A stretch of DNA of 64,000 bases, taken from assembly GCA_035602245.1 (NCBI GenBank), contig DATNMO010000007.1, positions 5,981 through 69,980 on the forward strand, given 5' to 3'. Under the pieces are notes generated by a model. It worked only from the letters and a program-made list of their open reading frames with translations. It was not told the DNA's origin and did not search any database. Positions 50,111 to 58,474 of this stretch are shown one piece after another. Position 1 is the stretch's first letter. Each line of letters starts with the position of its first letter. The translations under genes and the position numbers were made by a program. This DNA is from Gemmatimonadales bacterium (GTDB lineage Bacteria > Gemmatimonadota > Gemmatimonadetes > Gemmatimonadales > GWC2-71-9).

Positions 50111-50833
50111 TTAGATGCGGCCGAACCAGGCCATGAGCCGGAGGCGCGGCACCTTCCACACCGCCTCGCGGACGATGGCCCGATTCATCTTGCTCTGCCC
50201 CTCGGTCCGGTCGACGAACACGATCGGAATTTCCCGGAGCTTGAACCCTTTTCGCCATGCGCGAACGCTCATCTCGATTTGGAAAGCGTACCCGTTGGAG
50301 ACGACCTGGGACAGGTCAATCGCTTCGAGCACGCGCCTGCGAAAGCACTTGAACCCACCTGTCAGGTCCCAGATCCTGAGGCCGGTCACCCAACGGGCGT
50401 AGATGTTGGCTAAGTACGATAGCACGAGACGGCCCATCGGCCAATTGACGACCGTCACCCTCCCCTGCAGGTAGCGCGACCCCAGGACGAGGTCGGCATC
50501 CGTAATGGCCTTGAGAAAGTCGGTGAGGTGCGCCGGGTCGTGCGAGAAGTCGGCATCCATCTCGAAGACGTAGTCGTATCCCCGCTCGAGCGCCCACTTG
50601 AAGCCGGTGATGTAGGCGGTGCCCAGCCCCAGCTTTCCCTCTCGATGGATCGTGTGGACCCGGGGATTGGTGCGGGCGAGCTCGTCGGCAATCACGCCCG
50701 TGCCGTCAGGTGAATTGTCGTCCACGACGAGTATCTCGAGCCGCGGATCCTGCGCCAGCACCTGGGGCGCGATCTGGGGGAGATTCACCGCCTCGTTGTA
50801 GGTCGGGATGACCACCAGCGCGCGCTCAGGCAC
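50111..50833 (-). CDS. Polyprenol-phosphate mannosyl/glycosyl-transferase (DPM1/Ppm1-like GT2)
   Basis: VVIPTYNEA.NL, VVDDNSPDGT, EMDADFSHDP. A GTG start at 50833 overlaps the upstream stop by 8 nt. Confidence 0.85.
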   Translation of the reverse strand: MPERALVVIPTYNEAVNLPQIAPQVLAQDPRLEILVVDDNSPDGTGVIADELARTNPRVHTIHREGKLGLGTAYITGFKWALERGYDYVFEMDADFSHDPAHLTDFLKAITDADLVLGSRYLQGRVTVVNWPMGRLVLSYLANIYARWVTGLRIWDLTGGFKCFRRRVLEAIDLSQVVSNGYAFQIEMSVRAWRKGFKLREIPIVFVDRTEGQSKMNRAIVREAVWKVPRLRLMAWFGRI

Positions 50834-53135
50834 GCCGGCGTCTCCGGGCGATCGCGGGCGCCACCCAGACGGCAACGACCAGGAGCAACGAAACGAGCGT
50901 GACGATCTTGCCGCGCCCATATGCCCCGCTGCTGAAGGCAAGCTCCACGCGATTCGCTCCCGCCTGCAGCGGCACCGTGATGAGTGTCCAGTCTCCTCGC
51001 AGGACCGGTGCCGGCGCCCCGTTTACAGTGGCGCGCCAATCAGGATACCAGTTCTCGGCTACGAGCAGGTACGACGGCGTCGTCGGAGACGGATCGAGCG
51101 TAATGGTCATGCGGCCCGGTTCCCATTGCGTCACCGTGGCGCGCGCGGCACTCGGAGCCGGCAGCTGCTCGAGCGGAGGGACGGTGTTGCCTACGCGCGC
51201 GTCGAGCAGCACCACGCGGTCGTACGCCATGCGGGGATCCACCAGCGTCGTCACGATCTGCGCCGAATCGAGCGTCACCGCGGCCGGCACGACCCGCGCG
51301 TACGGCGCAGGCGTGCTCCGCTCAAAGAGGTGTGCCGGCGTGCCCGAGGAAGTCATCGCGTCCCGCAGCACCCGGGTAAAGCCCGGGATGGAGTCGAGAC
51401 CTTGTGCGAGCGCGGGAACGATCACCCACCGCACGGCGAACAGGTCCCAGAGGTGCAGGTTCGCCAGATTGCGCCACTCCCCGCGCCCGCCCATCACGTC
51501 GTCGAAGTAGCGGATCTCGACACCGTGCTCGCCTAGGAGCTGAGGTACGTCCAGCGCCATCAAGACTGCGCCCGGATACACGGCATGGTGTGAGCCGAGG
51601 AATGGGCCGAGGTCGAGGGCTCGAGTAGGCGCCGCGGGCGCAGCCGCTCTGATGTGCTCGGTGACGGGATCGGGGCGAAAGAGATCGCGATCGGTCGTGC
51701 TGTACGTCCAAAACGGTTTTGCGTTGAGCCAGAGATCGGCGCCGACCACGAGGGCCAGTAGGACGGTCCAGCGCGCGGGCGTCAGCCGGCCCCGCAGCCC
51801 GGCCCAGGCCAGGGCCGCGACGGCCGCGAGTGCCGCGGCGCTCGTGACCGCGCCGAAGGTGATGTCGGCTTTCGCGACCGACTGGGCGTGACTGATGGCG
51901 ACCGCCATGTTGCCGAAGACGCCGGCGGCGGCCAGCAGGGCCAGCACCGCGGCGGCGATGAACCAGACGCGGACGTGCATGTTGCACTTGGCCTCGTCGC
52001 TGCGCCGTTCCAGCCGCTCCACACCAAAGGCGGCGAAACACGAGACGATGAACGCGACGACGAAGAATGCCATCCCGGGTGCGCGCATCTGCTTGACGTA
52101 CGGCATGACCGTCCACCAAAGACGGTAGAACGGCGTGCCACTGCCCAGGCCGATCAGGAGGAACAGCAGCCCGATGCCGCCGAGCCAGAGCCGCAGCCTC
52201 GCGTCCTTCCCTGCCCCGGCGCCCAGCACCGCCAGCGCGACGACGGGCAGTCCAAGGTATTCGGAGTGCAGCTTGATCGGGTTCGATCCCCAGTACGCCG
52301 TGCCCTGGCCCACGAAGTTCTTGAGGAAGAACTCGGGGAGGTGCATCCAGGGAATCGCGTAGCTCGTCGCCCCGGCGAAGCCGCCTTGATACCCGCCCGC
52401 GCGCGATGACAGCGGGATATGGACGAACGCCGGGAAGAGCTGCACCGCCGCGATCCCAAACCCGAGCGCGACCGCGGCCAGCGCCAGCCCCAAGCGACTG
52501 AAGCGATCCGCGGGCGCGGCCGTCGAAGCTGTGCCGAAGGCGAGAAACAGGGCGAACAGTCCCGCCGCAATCAGCATGTAGTAGGTGACCTGGACGTGCT
52601 GGCTGAGTATGCTGAGGCCCACGCCGAGCGCGGTCAGGCCGTACCCGGAGAGGCGGCGATCGCGCATCCCCATCACGAGCCCGAGCAGCACGAGCGGTAG
52701 CAGCGCCGTGACGACGAGCTTGCCGTCGTGTCCCGGCTGGACATACGAAGCGACGACGCCCGAGAGTTGATACGCGATCCCGCCGACGACCGCGCCGGCC
52801 CATGACACCTGGAGCCGCCGCAGCAGCAGGTAGGTGAACAGACCGGCCAGAACGTAGTGAACGAAGAAACCGATGTTGATGACTGTGGCGGTCGGCAGCA
52901 CGAGGCGGAGAAACGCCGTCGGGTAAAGGACGTCGCCGGTGCCGAGCGCGCCCACGTAGGGCATGCCTGCAAAGATCTCGGGATTCCACAGCGGAACGTG
53001 TCCCAGACGGCGCCACCACTCGGCGCCCCAGCCCCGGAAGGGCAGCCCGGCTGTGACCTGGTCGCTCCACGGTCCGGCCAGCCATTTCCCCTGCAGCATG
53101 GGCAAGCTGAGGATCGCGATCCAGAGCGTCAGCAA
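50826..53135 (-). CDS. YfhO-family polytopic membrane protein (putative GT-C glycosyltransferase)
   Basis: More than 12 predicted TM segments, LWNPEIFAGMPY motif, periplasmic C-terminal domain with the YfhO-typical ENWYPDWRATVNGAPAPVLRGDW...AGANRVELAF and a terminal TM. Confidence 0.7.
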   Translation of the reverse strand: MLTLWIAILSLPMLQGKWLAGPWSDQVTAGLPFRGWGAEWWRRLGHVPLWNPEIFAGMPYVGALGTGDVLYPTAFLRLVLPTATVINIGFFVHYVLAGLFTYLLLRRLQVSWAGAVVGGIAYQLSGVVASYVQPGHDGKLVVTALLPLVLLGLVMGMRDRRLSGYGLTALGVGLSILSQHVQVTYYMLIAAGLFALFLAFGTASTAAPADRFSRLGLALAAVALGFGIAAVQLFPAFVHIPLSSRAGGYQGGFAGATSYAIPWMHLPEFFLKNFVGQGTAYWGSNPIKLHSEYLGLPVVALAVLGAGAGKDARLRLWLGGIGLLFLLIGLGSGTPFYRLWWTVMPYVKQMRAPGMAFFVVAFIVSCFAAFGVERLERRSDEAKCNMHVRVWFIAAAVLALLAAAGVFGNMAVAISHAQSVAKADITFGAVTSAAALAAVAALAWAGLRGRLTPARWTVLLALVVGADLWLNAKPFWTYSTTDRDLFRPDPVTEHIRAAAPAAPTRALDLGPFLGSHHAVYPGAVLMALDVPQLLGEHGVEIRYFDDVMGGRGEWRNLANLHLWDLFAVRWVIVPALAQGLDSIPGFTRVLRDAMTSSGTPAHLFERSTPAPYARVVPAAVTLDSAQIVTTLVDPRMAYDRVVLLDARVGNTVPPLEQLPAPSAARATVTQWEPGRMTITLDPSPTTPSYLLVAENWYPDWRATVNGAPAPVLRGDWTLITVPLQAGANRVELAFSSGAYGRGKIVTLVSLLLVVAVWVAPAIARRRRRA

Positions 53136-53202
53136 CCCCGTCGCGGCGAGCGTGGGATGGGCCGGGACGTACGGTGTGTAGGGCGTTACCGCGGGAGCGT
53201 TG

Positions 53203-54126
53203 TTAGGGCGACTCAGAAGGCCTCTCCGGTGGCGAGTGGCGCACTAGCACGATGGCGAGCAGCGCCGCGCCGGCTTCTGTGACCGTGAGCAATACGCGCG
53301 AGCCCACACTCACCGCCACCGCCCCACCGCTGCCGAGGGCCGGCGTGAGCAGGCTGATCATGACGAGCTCGCGGACGCCGATGCCCCCGGGTGCGAACAG
53401 CGCTAAAGTGCCCAGAATGTAGCTGAGAGTGAAGGCGCCGGCTGCAGCGGCATAGGTGAGGTGCGTGTCCGGGAGCAAGCCGCGGACGAACAGCCAGAAC
53501 GCGACGCCGTAGGTCAACCATCCCAGGAACATCAGTGCTCCCGCGAGTGCCACCGCCGACAGCGGCAGCGGCGTGAGGGGGCTCGCCGTGCTCATCAACC
53601 GGCCCAGCCACCGGGCCGTGGGTCCCCACACCAGGACGCCGAGCGATGCCAGCGCGAGCCCGAAGCCGGCGACGAGCCGCAACGCCGACGTTGCCTGCGG
53701 CGTGGCAGCCGCGACGACCGCCACTCCGGTGCCGAGGACGAGTGCTTGGAAAGCGACGGCGGAGGCGGCAGCGGCGCCGCCGCGCACGCCCGCACGCTGC
53801 GCCAGTACGACCAGCCCCGTGACGCTCCAGATCTTGCCGGGAACGTAGCGTCCGAGATTCGACAGGCTCCAGACGCGTGCCGCGACGCCGAACGGGATTC
53901 GTTGCGCCCACCCGGCCAGGAGCCGCCGCCATGACTCGATATAGAACGCGTACGTGAGGAACACCGCAAGCGTGGCCAGCGCCAGCCAGCCGGGTTGCAC
54001 GTCGAGATTCACGTGCAGCGAGCGGAACTCCGTCCAGTTCCGCTGCACCGTCCGTGCGACGAGCACAACAACGACCAGGGCGACGGCCCCCTGGATTGCC
54101 CAGAGCCACCGCCGCGTGTTGGTCAC
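53203..54126 (-). CDS. UPF0104 / flippase-like (LPG-synthase-TM type) membrane protein
   Basis: About 8 TM segments. The conserved pattern SLSNLGRYVPGKIW and PGGIGVRE is typical of this family. Confidence 0.65.
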   Translation of the reverse strand: MTNTRRWLWAIQGAVALVVVVLVARTVQRNWTEFRSLHVNLDVQPGWLALATLAVFLTYAFYIESWRRLLAGWAQRIPFGVAARVWSLSNLGRYVPGKIWSVTGLVVLAQRAGVRGGAAAASAVAFQALVLGTGVAVVAAATPQATSALRLVAGFGLALASLGVLVWGPTARWLGRLMSTASPLTPLPLSAVALAGALMFLGWLTYGVAFWLFVRGLLPDTHLTYAAAAGAFTLSYILGTLALFAPGGIGVRELVMISLLTPALGSGGAVAVSVGSRVLLTVTEAGAALLAIVLVRHSPPERPSESP

Positions 54127-54139
54127 CCGATGCGGGGGG

Positions 54140-54757
54140 TTAGTCCTTGACGAACTTGTAGGCGACGGAGCGCGCGAGCATCCACCACGGCGCGGGAATT
54201 GGCGGATAGAAGTACGTGCCGCCCCAATCCACCAGCCGGAGGCCGTTCATCTCTCCCAGCCGGCTGATCGTCTGCCGGGTCCAGCTGTAGATGTGCCCCT
54301 GCTTGTCCGCGACGTGGAAGAGATTCCAGATGACCTCCTTCACGTGATAGGGATTAGGCACGGAGACCATCCACACGCCCCCGGGCCGCAGAACTCGATG
54401 GATTTCGCCCGCCGTATTGTACGCGGTGGGCGTGTGTTCGAGGACCTCTACCATGAAGACGTAATCGAACGAGGCGTCGGGAAACGGGAGCCCCGACGTG
54501 ATATCGTGAATCATGATATCCGGAGCGGCGAACTCAGGGGCGATGTCGAGTCCCTGATACTTCACGTCCCGCGGCAGGTACTTGCGGAGGTCGCCGTTGC
54601 GCGAGCCGATGTCGAGCACCGCGCTGCCAGGGCGTACCTGTGCCAGCTGCATGTGCTTGCGGAAGCGCATCCGCTCCTCGCCCGAATTCCGCCAATTGGC
54701 CCGTTCGCTGTAGAACTTGGTGAGCGCGGGAGACGACGTCGCAATCCGTTCAGCCAT
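54140..54757 (-). CDS. Class I SAM-dependent methyltransferase
   Basis: VLDIGSRNGD motif I, FDYVFMVEVLEH. Confidence 0.8.
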   Translation of the reverse strand: MAERIATSSPALTKFYSERANWRNSGEERMRFRKHMQLAQVRPGSAVLDIGSRNGDLRKYLPRDVKYQGLDIAPEFAAPDIMIHDITSGLPFPDASFDYVFMVEVLEHTPTAYNTAGEIHRVLRPGGVWMVSVPNPYHVKEVIWNLFHVADKQGHIYSWTRQTISRLGEMNGLRLVDWGGTYFYPPIPAPWWMLARSVAYKFVKD

Positions 54758-54852
54758 CTTTCGAAGTCCTTATGAGTCGCGTAGTTGTGGTCGACGCGGA
54801 CGGAAAGATAGTTGCCCCGGCAGGCATGGAGAAGGGTTATAGTATCACCCCC

Positions 54853-56058
54853 ATGCGCATTCTTCACGTGGTGACGGCGTTCCCTCGCACTCCCGACGAC
54901 GTCATCACCCCGTGGCTGGTGGAGCTGCTGCAGCGCCTGCGGGCCGCGGGCCACGAGGTCGAGGTGTTCACCTCGGCGTACAAGGGTGCTGGCGACCAGG
55001 TCTTCGCGGGAATCCCCGTCCATCGCTTCCGGTACTTCTTCCGCCGCTGGGAAAACCTGACCCACGAGGAGACGGCGCCGGACCGGATGCGGCGGTCCCT
55101 GCTCTATCGCCTGATGCCGTTCTGGTTCGTCAGCGCCGGGATGATCGCGATCTGGCGTCTGGCCCGCCGCCGGTCGTACGACGTGATCCACGTGCACTGG
55201 CCGCTGCCCCTGGCGCTTTTCGGGTGGGCGGCCCAGCGCGCGCGCCGTGCGCGCCCCACACCGATCGTCACGACGTTTTACGGCGTCGAGCTGCGCTGGG
55301 TAAAGAGCGCGCTCAAACCGCTCAAGCGGTTCATCGCGTGGGCCGCGCGCCGGTCCGCTCGCGTCGTGGCGATCTCGTCGTACACGGCTGCGGAGCTGCA
55401 GGAGCTGGTGGACGTGCCGGTCGATGTCATTCCCTACACCGCCGCCCTGCCCGCTCCGGAATCACGGACCCGAACGGCGGGGGGGGGGGGCGTGCCCACG
55501 GTGCTCTTCGTCGGCCGGCTGGTGGAGCGCAAGGGCGTCACGCACCTCATCGAAGCGGTGGCACGTCTGCGCGAGCGGTCCCTGCGGCTGGAGGTGGTCG
55601 GCGACGGCCCCGAGCGCCCGCGACTGGAAGCCCTCGCGCACAGCCGCGGCGTCGCCGACCGCGTCGTGTTTCGGGGGAAGATCTCCGATGCCGAGCTGCG
55701 CCGCGCGTACGCGGCCGCGGACGTCTTCGTATTGCCGTCGGTGCTGGATGCGCGCGGCGATACGGAAGGCTTGGGGGTCGTGCTACTCGAGGCGATGAAT
55801 TACGCGGTCCCCGTGATTGCGAGCCGGATCGGCGGCATCGTGGACATCGTCGCGGATGGGGAAACGGGTCTGCTCGTACCACCGGGGGATGAGACGGCGC
55901 TCGCGTCCGCGCTGGAGCGAGTGCTGAGCGATCCGGCCCTGGCTCGACGGCTCGGCGAAGCGGGCCGCGAGCGTCTCGCCGAGCGGTTCAACTGGGACGC
56001 GATAACCGCTCGATGGGATGCGGTGTATCGCAGTCTTGCCCGATCGCGGGAGGGCTAG
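54853..56058 (+). CDS. GT4 (GT-B) glycosyltransferase containing a G12 homopolymer
   Basis: MRILHVVTAFPR N-terminus. C-terminal LFVGRL...KG and EGLGVVLLEAMNYAVPVIASRIGG motifs. Confidence 0.85.
   Translation: MRILHVVTAFPRTPDDVITPWLVELLQRLRAAGHEVEVFTSAYKGAGDQVFAGIPVHRFRYFFRRWENLTHEETAPDRMRRSLLYRLMPFWFVSAGMIAIWRLARRRSYDVIHVHWPLPLALFGWAAQRARRARPTPIVTTFYGVELRWVKSALKPLKRFIAWAARRSARVVAISSYTAAELQELVDVPVDVIPYTAALPAPESRTRTAGGGGVPTVLFVGRLVERKGVTHLIEAVARLRERSLRLEVVGDGPERPRLEALAHSRGVADRVVFRGKISDAELRRAYAAADVFVLPSVLDARGDTEGLGVVLLEAMNYAVPVIASRIGGIVDIVADGETGLLVPPGDETALASALERVLSDPALARRLGEAGRERLAERFNWDAITARWDAVYRSLARSREG
55479..55490 (+). repeat. Homopolymeric G12 tract inside the GT4 coding sequence
   Basis: Direct count gives 12 consecutive G. 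They encode the Gly4 linker (TAGGGGVPT) between the two Rossmann halves. Confidence 0.95.
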
Positions 56059-57014
56059 CGCCCGTTCTTCTCTCTCAACCGCTCCACCTCCCGCTCCAAC
56101 GTCCGCAGCTCTTCCCTCATCCCCGCCAGCATTTCGCCCACGAAGCCGAAGCCGAACAGCACCACGCCGGAAATCACCAGGACCATGATCAGGTCGAGGA
56201 GGGGCCGGAAGCCCACGTGTGGCGGACCGAATCGCAGGTAGAGCGACACGGCGCCGACGAGCACTCCCAGCAGAAATAGCAGCGCGCCCGCGAAGCCGAA
56301 GAACATCATCGGCTTGCGGCCGAAGCGCAGCTGGAACCAGACCGACAGGAGATCGAGAACCCCCACCGGGATCCGCCCGATCCCGAACTTCGAGGTCCCC
56401 GCACGCCGCGGGTGGAGCGGTACCGGGCGCTCGGCGAGGCGGAATCCCTGCGCCGCGGCGATCACGACCATGAAGCGGTGCCAATCCGGGCGGGTGGGCA
56501 GCGCCTCCATCACCTCGCGGCGGTAGGCTTTTACGGAGTTCAGGTCGGTGACGCGCACCCCGAAGAGCCAGCGGCACAGGGCGTTGTACACGCTGGAGAC
56601 GAACCGCTTTTCGTATTGGCCCTGCTTGGCCCCGGTAACGATGTCCGCCTGCCCTGCCAGAATGGGCGCGACGAGACCGGGGATCTCGGCCGGCAGATAC
56701 TGCAGGTCCGCGGGATAGAAGACTAGCACGCGGCCGCGCGCTGCGTCGGCGGCCGACTTGAGCGCGTCCGCGATGCCCCGCTGGGTCCGGTGGGTGACGA
56801 TGCGAACGAAGGCGTGCTTGGCAGCGAGCTCCTCGAGTACCCGCGCCGTCCCGTCGTGGCTGCCGTCGTTGACGATCACCACCTCGCACGCGTAGGGCAG
56901 CGGCAGCAGCGCCTCACGGGTCAAGCGCACGAACTCGGGGAGGTTCTCCGCCTCGTCCTTCGCGGGCACGAGCACGCTGACCTCGGGGACCGAAGACGGG
57001 CTGGCGAGGCTCAC
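56055..57014 (-). CDS. Membrane-anchored GT2 (GtrB/ArnC-like polyprenyl-phosphate glycosyltransferase)
   Basis: VLVPAKDEAENL, VNDGSHDGT, and two C-terminal TM helices. A GTG start at 57014 overlaps the rpoN stop (GTGA). Confidence 0.82.
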   Translation of the reverse strand: MSLASPSSVPEVSVLVPAKDEAENLPEFVRLTREALLPLPYACEVVIVNDGSHDGTARVLEELAAKHAFVRIVTHRTQRGIADALKSAADAARGRVLVFYPADLQYLPAEIPGLVAPILAGQADIVTGAKQGQYEKRFVSSVYNALCRWLFGVRVTDLNSVKAYRREVMEALPTRPDWHRFMVVIAAAQGFRLAERPVPLHPRRAGTSKFGIGRIPVGVLDLLSVWFQLRFGRKPMMFFGFAGALLFLLGVLVGAVSLYLRFGPPHVGFRPLLDLIMVLVISGVVLFGFGFVGEMLAGMREELRTLEREVERLREKNGR

Positions 57015-58474
57015 AGGCGCTTGCGCATCCGGGCCGGCAAAATGCCGAGCTGATCGCGGTATTTGGCGACGGTGCGCCGGGCGATCTTCACCCCTTTGCG
57101 CTCGAACATCTCCACGATCTGCTGGTCCGTGAGCGGCGCCTTCTCGGGCTCGTCGTCCACGAGCTTCTGAATCTGCGATTTGATCGACCGGGCACTGGCG
57201 TCCTCTCCGGTCGTGGTCGAGAGGCCGCTCGAGAAGAAGAATTTCAGCGGCAGCAGGCCGCGGGGCGTCTGCACGTACTTCTCGTTCGTGACCCGGCTCA
57301 CGGTGCTCTCGTGCATGCTGATGACGTCCGCCACCTCGCGCAGCGTGAGCGGCTTCAGGTGATCGATGCCCTTCTCGAAAAAGTCCCGCTGCCGGTCCAC
57401 GATGAAGTTCATCACCTTGAGCATCGTCTGGCGGCGCTGCTCGATCGCCTGAATCATCCAATGGGCGCTGTTCAGCCGCTGATTGATGAACTCCTTGCTT
57501 TCGGTGTCGTATTTCTTCTTGTCGCGGGCGATCTCCTGGTACGTCTTGGAAATGCGCAGCCGCGGCAGCCCGCTGTCGTTCAAGAAGACGTGGTACTTAT
57601 CGTCGATTTTCTCGACGATCAAGTCGGGAATGATGTACGCGTCATTGCTGGCCGAGTGCTGCAAGCCGGGCTTGGGATCCAGCCGGGCGAGCTCGTCGGC
57701 GGCGCGCTGCACCTCGTCGGGGGCGAGGCCAAAGCGCTTGCCCAGGTCGCTCCAGCGGTGGGCGATGAGATCGTCGAACGCATCCTTCACGAGGCGGTAC
57801 ACCAGCGAGTCGGTCCGCTTCAGATTCTCGAGCTGCACCAGCAGGCACTCGCGCAGGTTGCGCGCCCCCGTTCCCGGGGGATCGAGCTGCTGGATGACGC
57901 GGAGCATCTCCTCCGTCTCGGCCATCGTGAAGGGCACGACGTTCAGGTCGCTCTCCGACTCGGCCTCGTACTCTTCGAGCAGCTGGTTGGCGCCCTTGGT
58001 GATGCGCTCGAGATCCGCCTGCAGGTAGCCGTCCTCCCCGATGTTACCGAGGAATTCTTCCGCCAACAGCTGTTGCCGCGGCGTCAAGTCGAGCATCTGG
58101 GTCTGCTCGCGCAGGTAATCGATCAGGTCCTTGCTCTCGACCGTCACCGGCTCGACGTATTCCCGCGCGTCGCTGTACGTGCCGCTGGGCACGCTGTGCT
58201 CGGTGCGGTCGGCAAGCAGGATGTTCTCCCAATCGGGCTCGTCCTCGGCGGGCTTGTCTTTCTCGGGCTTGTTCTGCTGCTGCTCGGCGGCGGTCGCTTG
58301 GACTTCTTCCTCGGGCTCGATCAGCTCGAGGAACGGGTTGCCCAACAGCTCTTGCTTGAGGTGCTGCTCCAGGTCGAGCAGCGGCATATACAGGAGGTCC
58401 ATCGCCTGATAGAGGCGTGGATTGATCCGCAGGTCCTGGCGGAGGGCCGCGTGCTGGTGCAGGCCGGTCTTCAT
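57011..58474 (-). CDS. rpoN: RNA polymerase sigma-54 factor
   Basis: N-terminal Gln/Leu region and the C-terminal RpoN box ARRTVAKYR. Confidence 0.93.
   Translation of the reverse strand: MKTGLHQHAALRQDLRINPRLYQAMDLLYMPLLDLEQHLKQELLGNPFLELIEPEEEVQATAAEQQQNKPEKDKPAEDEPDWENILLADRTEHSVPSGTYSDAREYVEPVTVESKDLIDYLREQTQMLDLTPRQQLLAEEFLGNIGEDGYLQADLERITKGANQLLEEYEAESESDLNVVPFTMAETEEMLRVIQQLDPPGTGARNLRECLLVQLENLKRTDSLVYRLVKDAFDDLIAHRWSDLGKRFGLAPDEVQRAADELARLDPKPGLQHSASNDAYIIPDLIVEKIDDKYHVFLNDSGLPRLRISKTYQEIARDKKKYDTESKEFINQRLNSAHWMIQAIEQRRQTMLKVMNFIVDRQRDFFEKGIDHLKPLTLREVADVISMHESTVSRVTNEKYVQTPRGLLPLKFFFSSGLSTTTGEDASARSIKSQIQKLVDDEPEKAPLTDQQIVEMFERKGVKIARRTVAKYRDQLGILPARMRKRL

Noticed and set aside
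54758-54852. Divergent promoter region with TATAGT at 54838-54843, 9 nt before the GT4 ATG (possible leaderless transcript)
   Set aside because: No acceptable -35 lies at 16-19 nt spacing and there is no extended -10. It is too weak to call as a feature.
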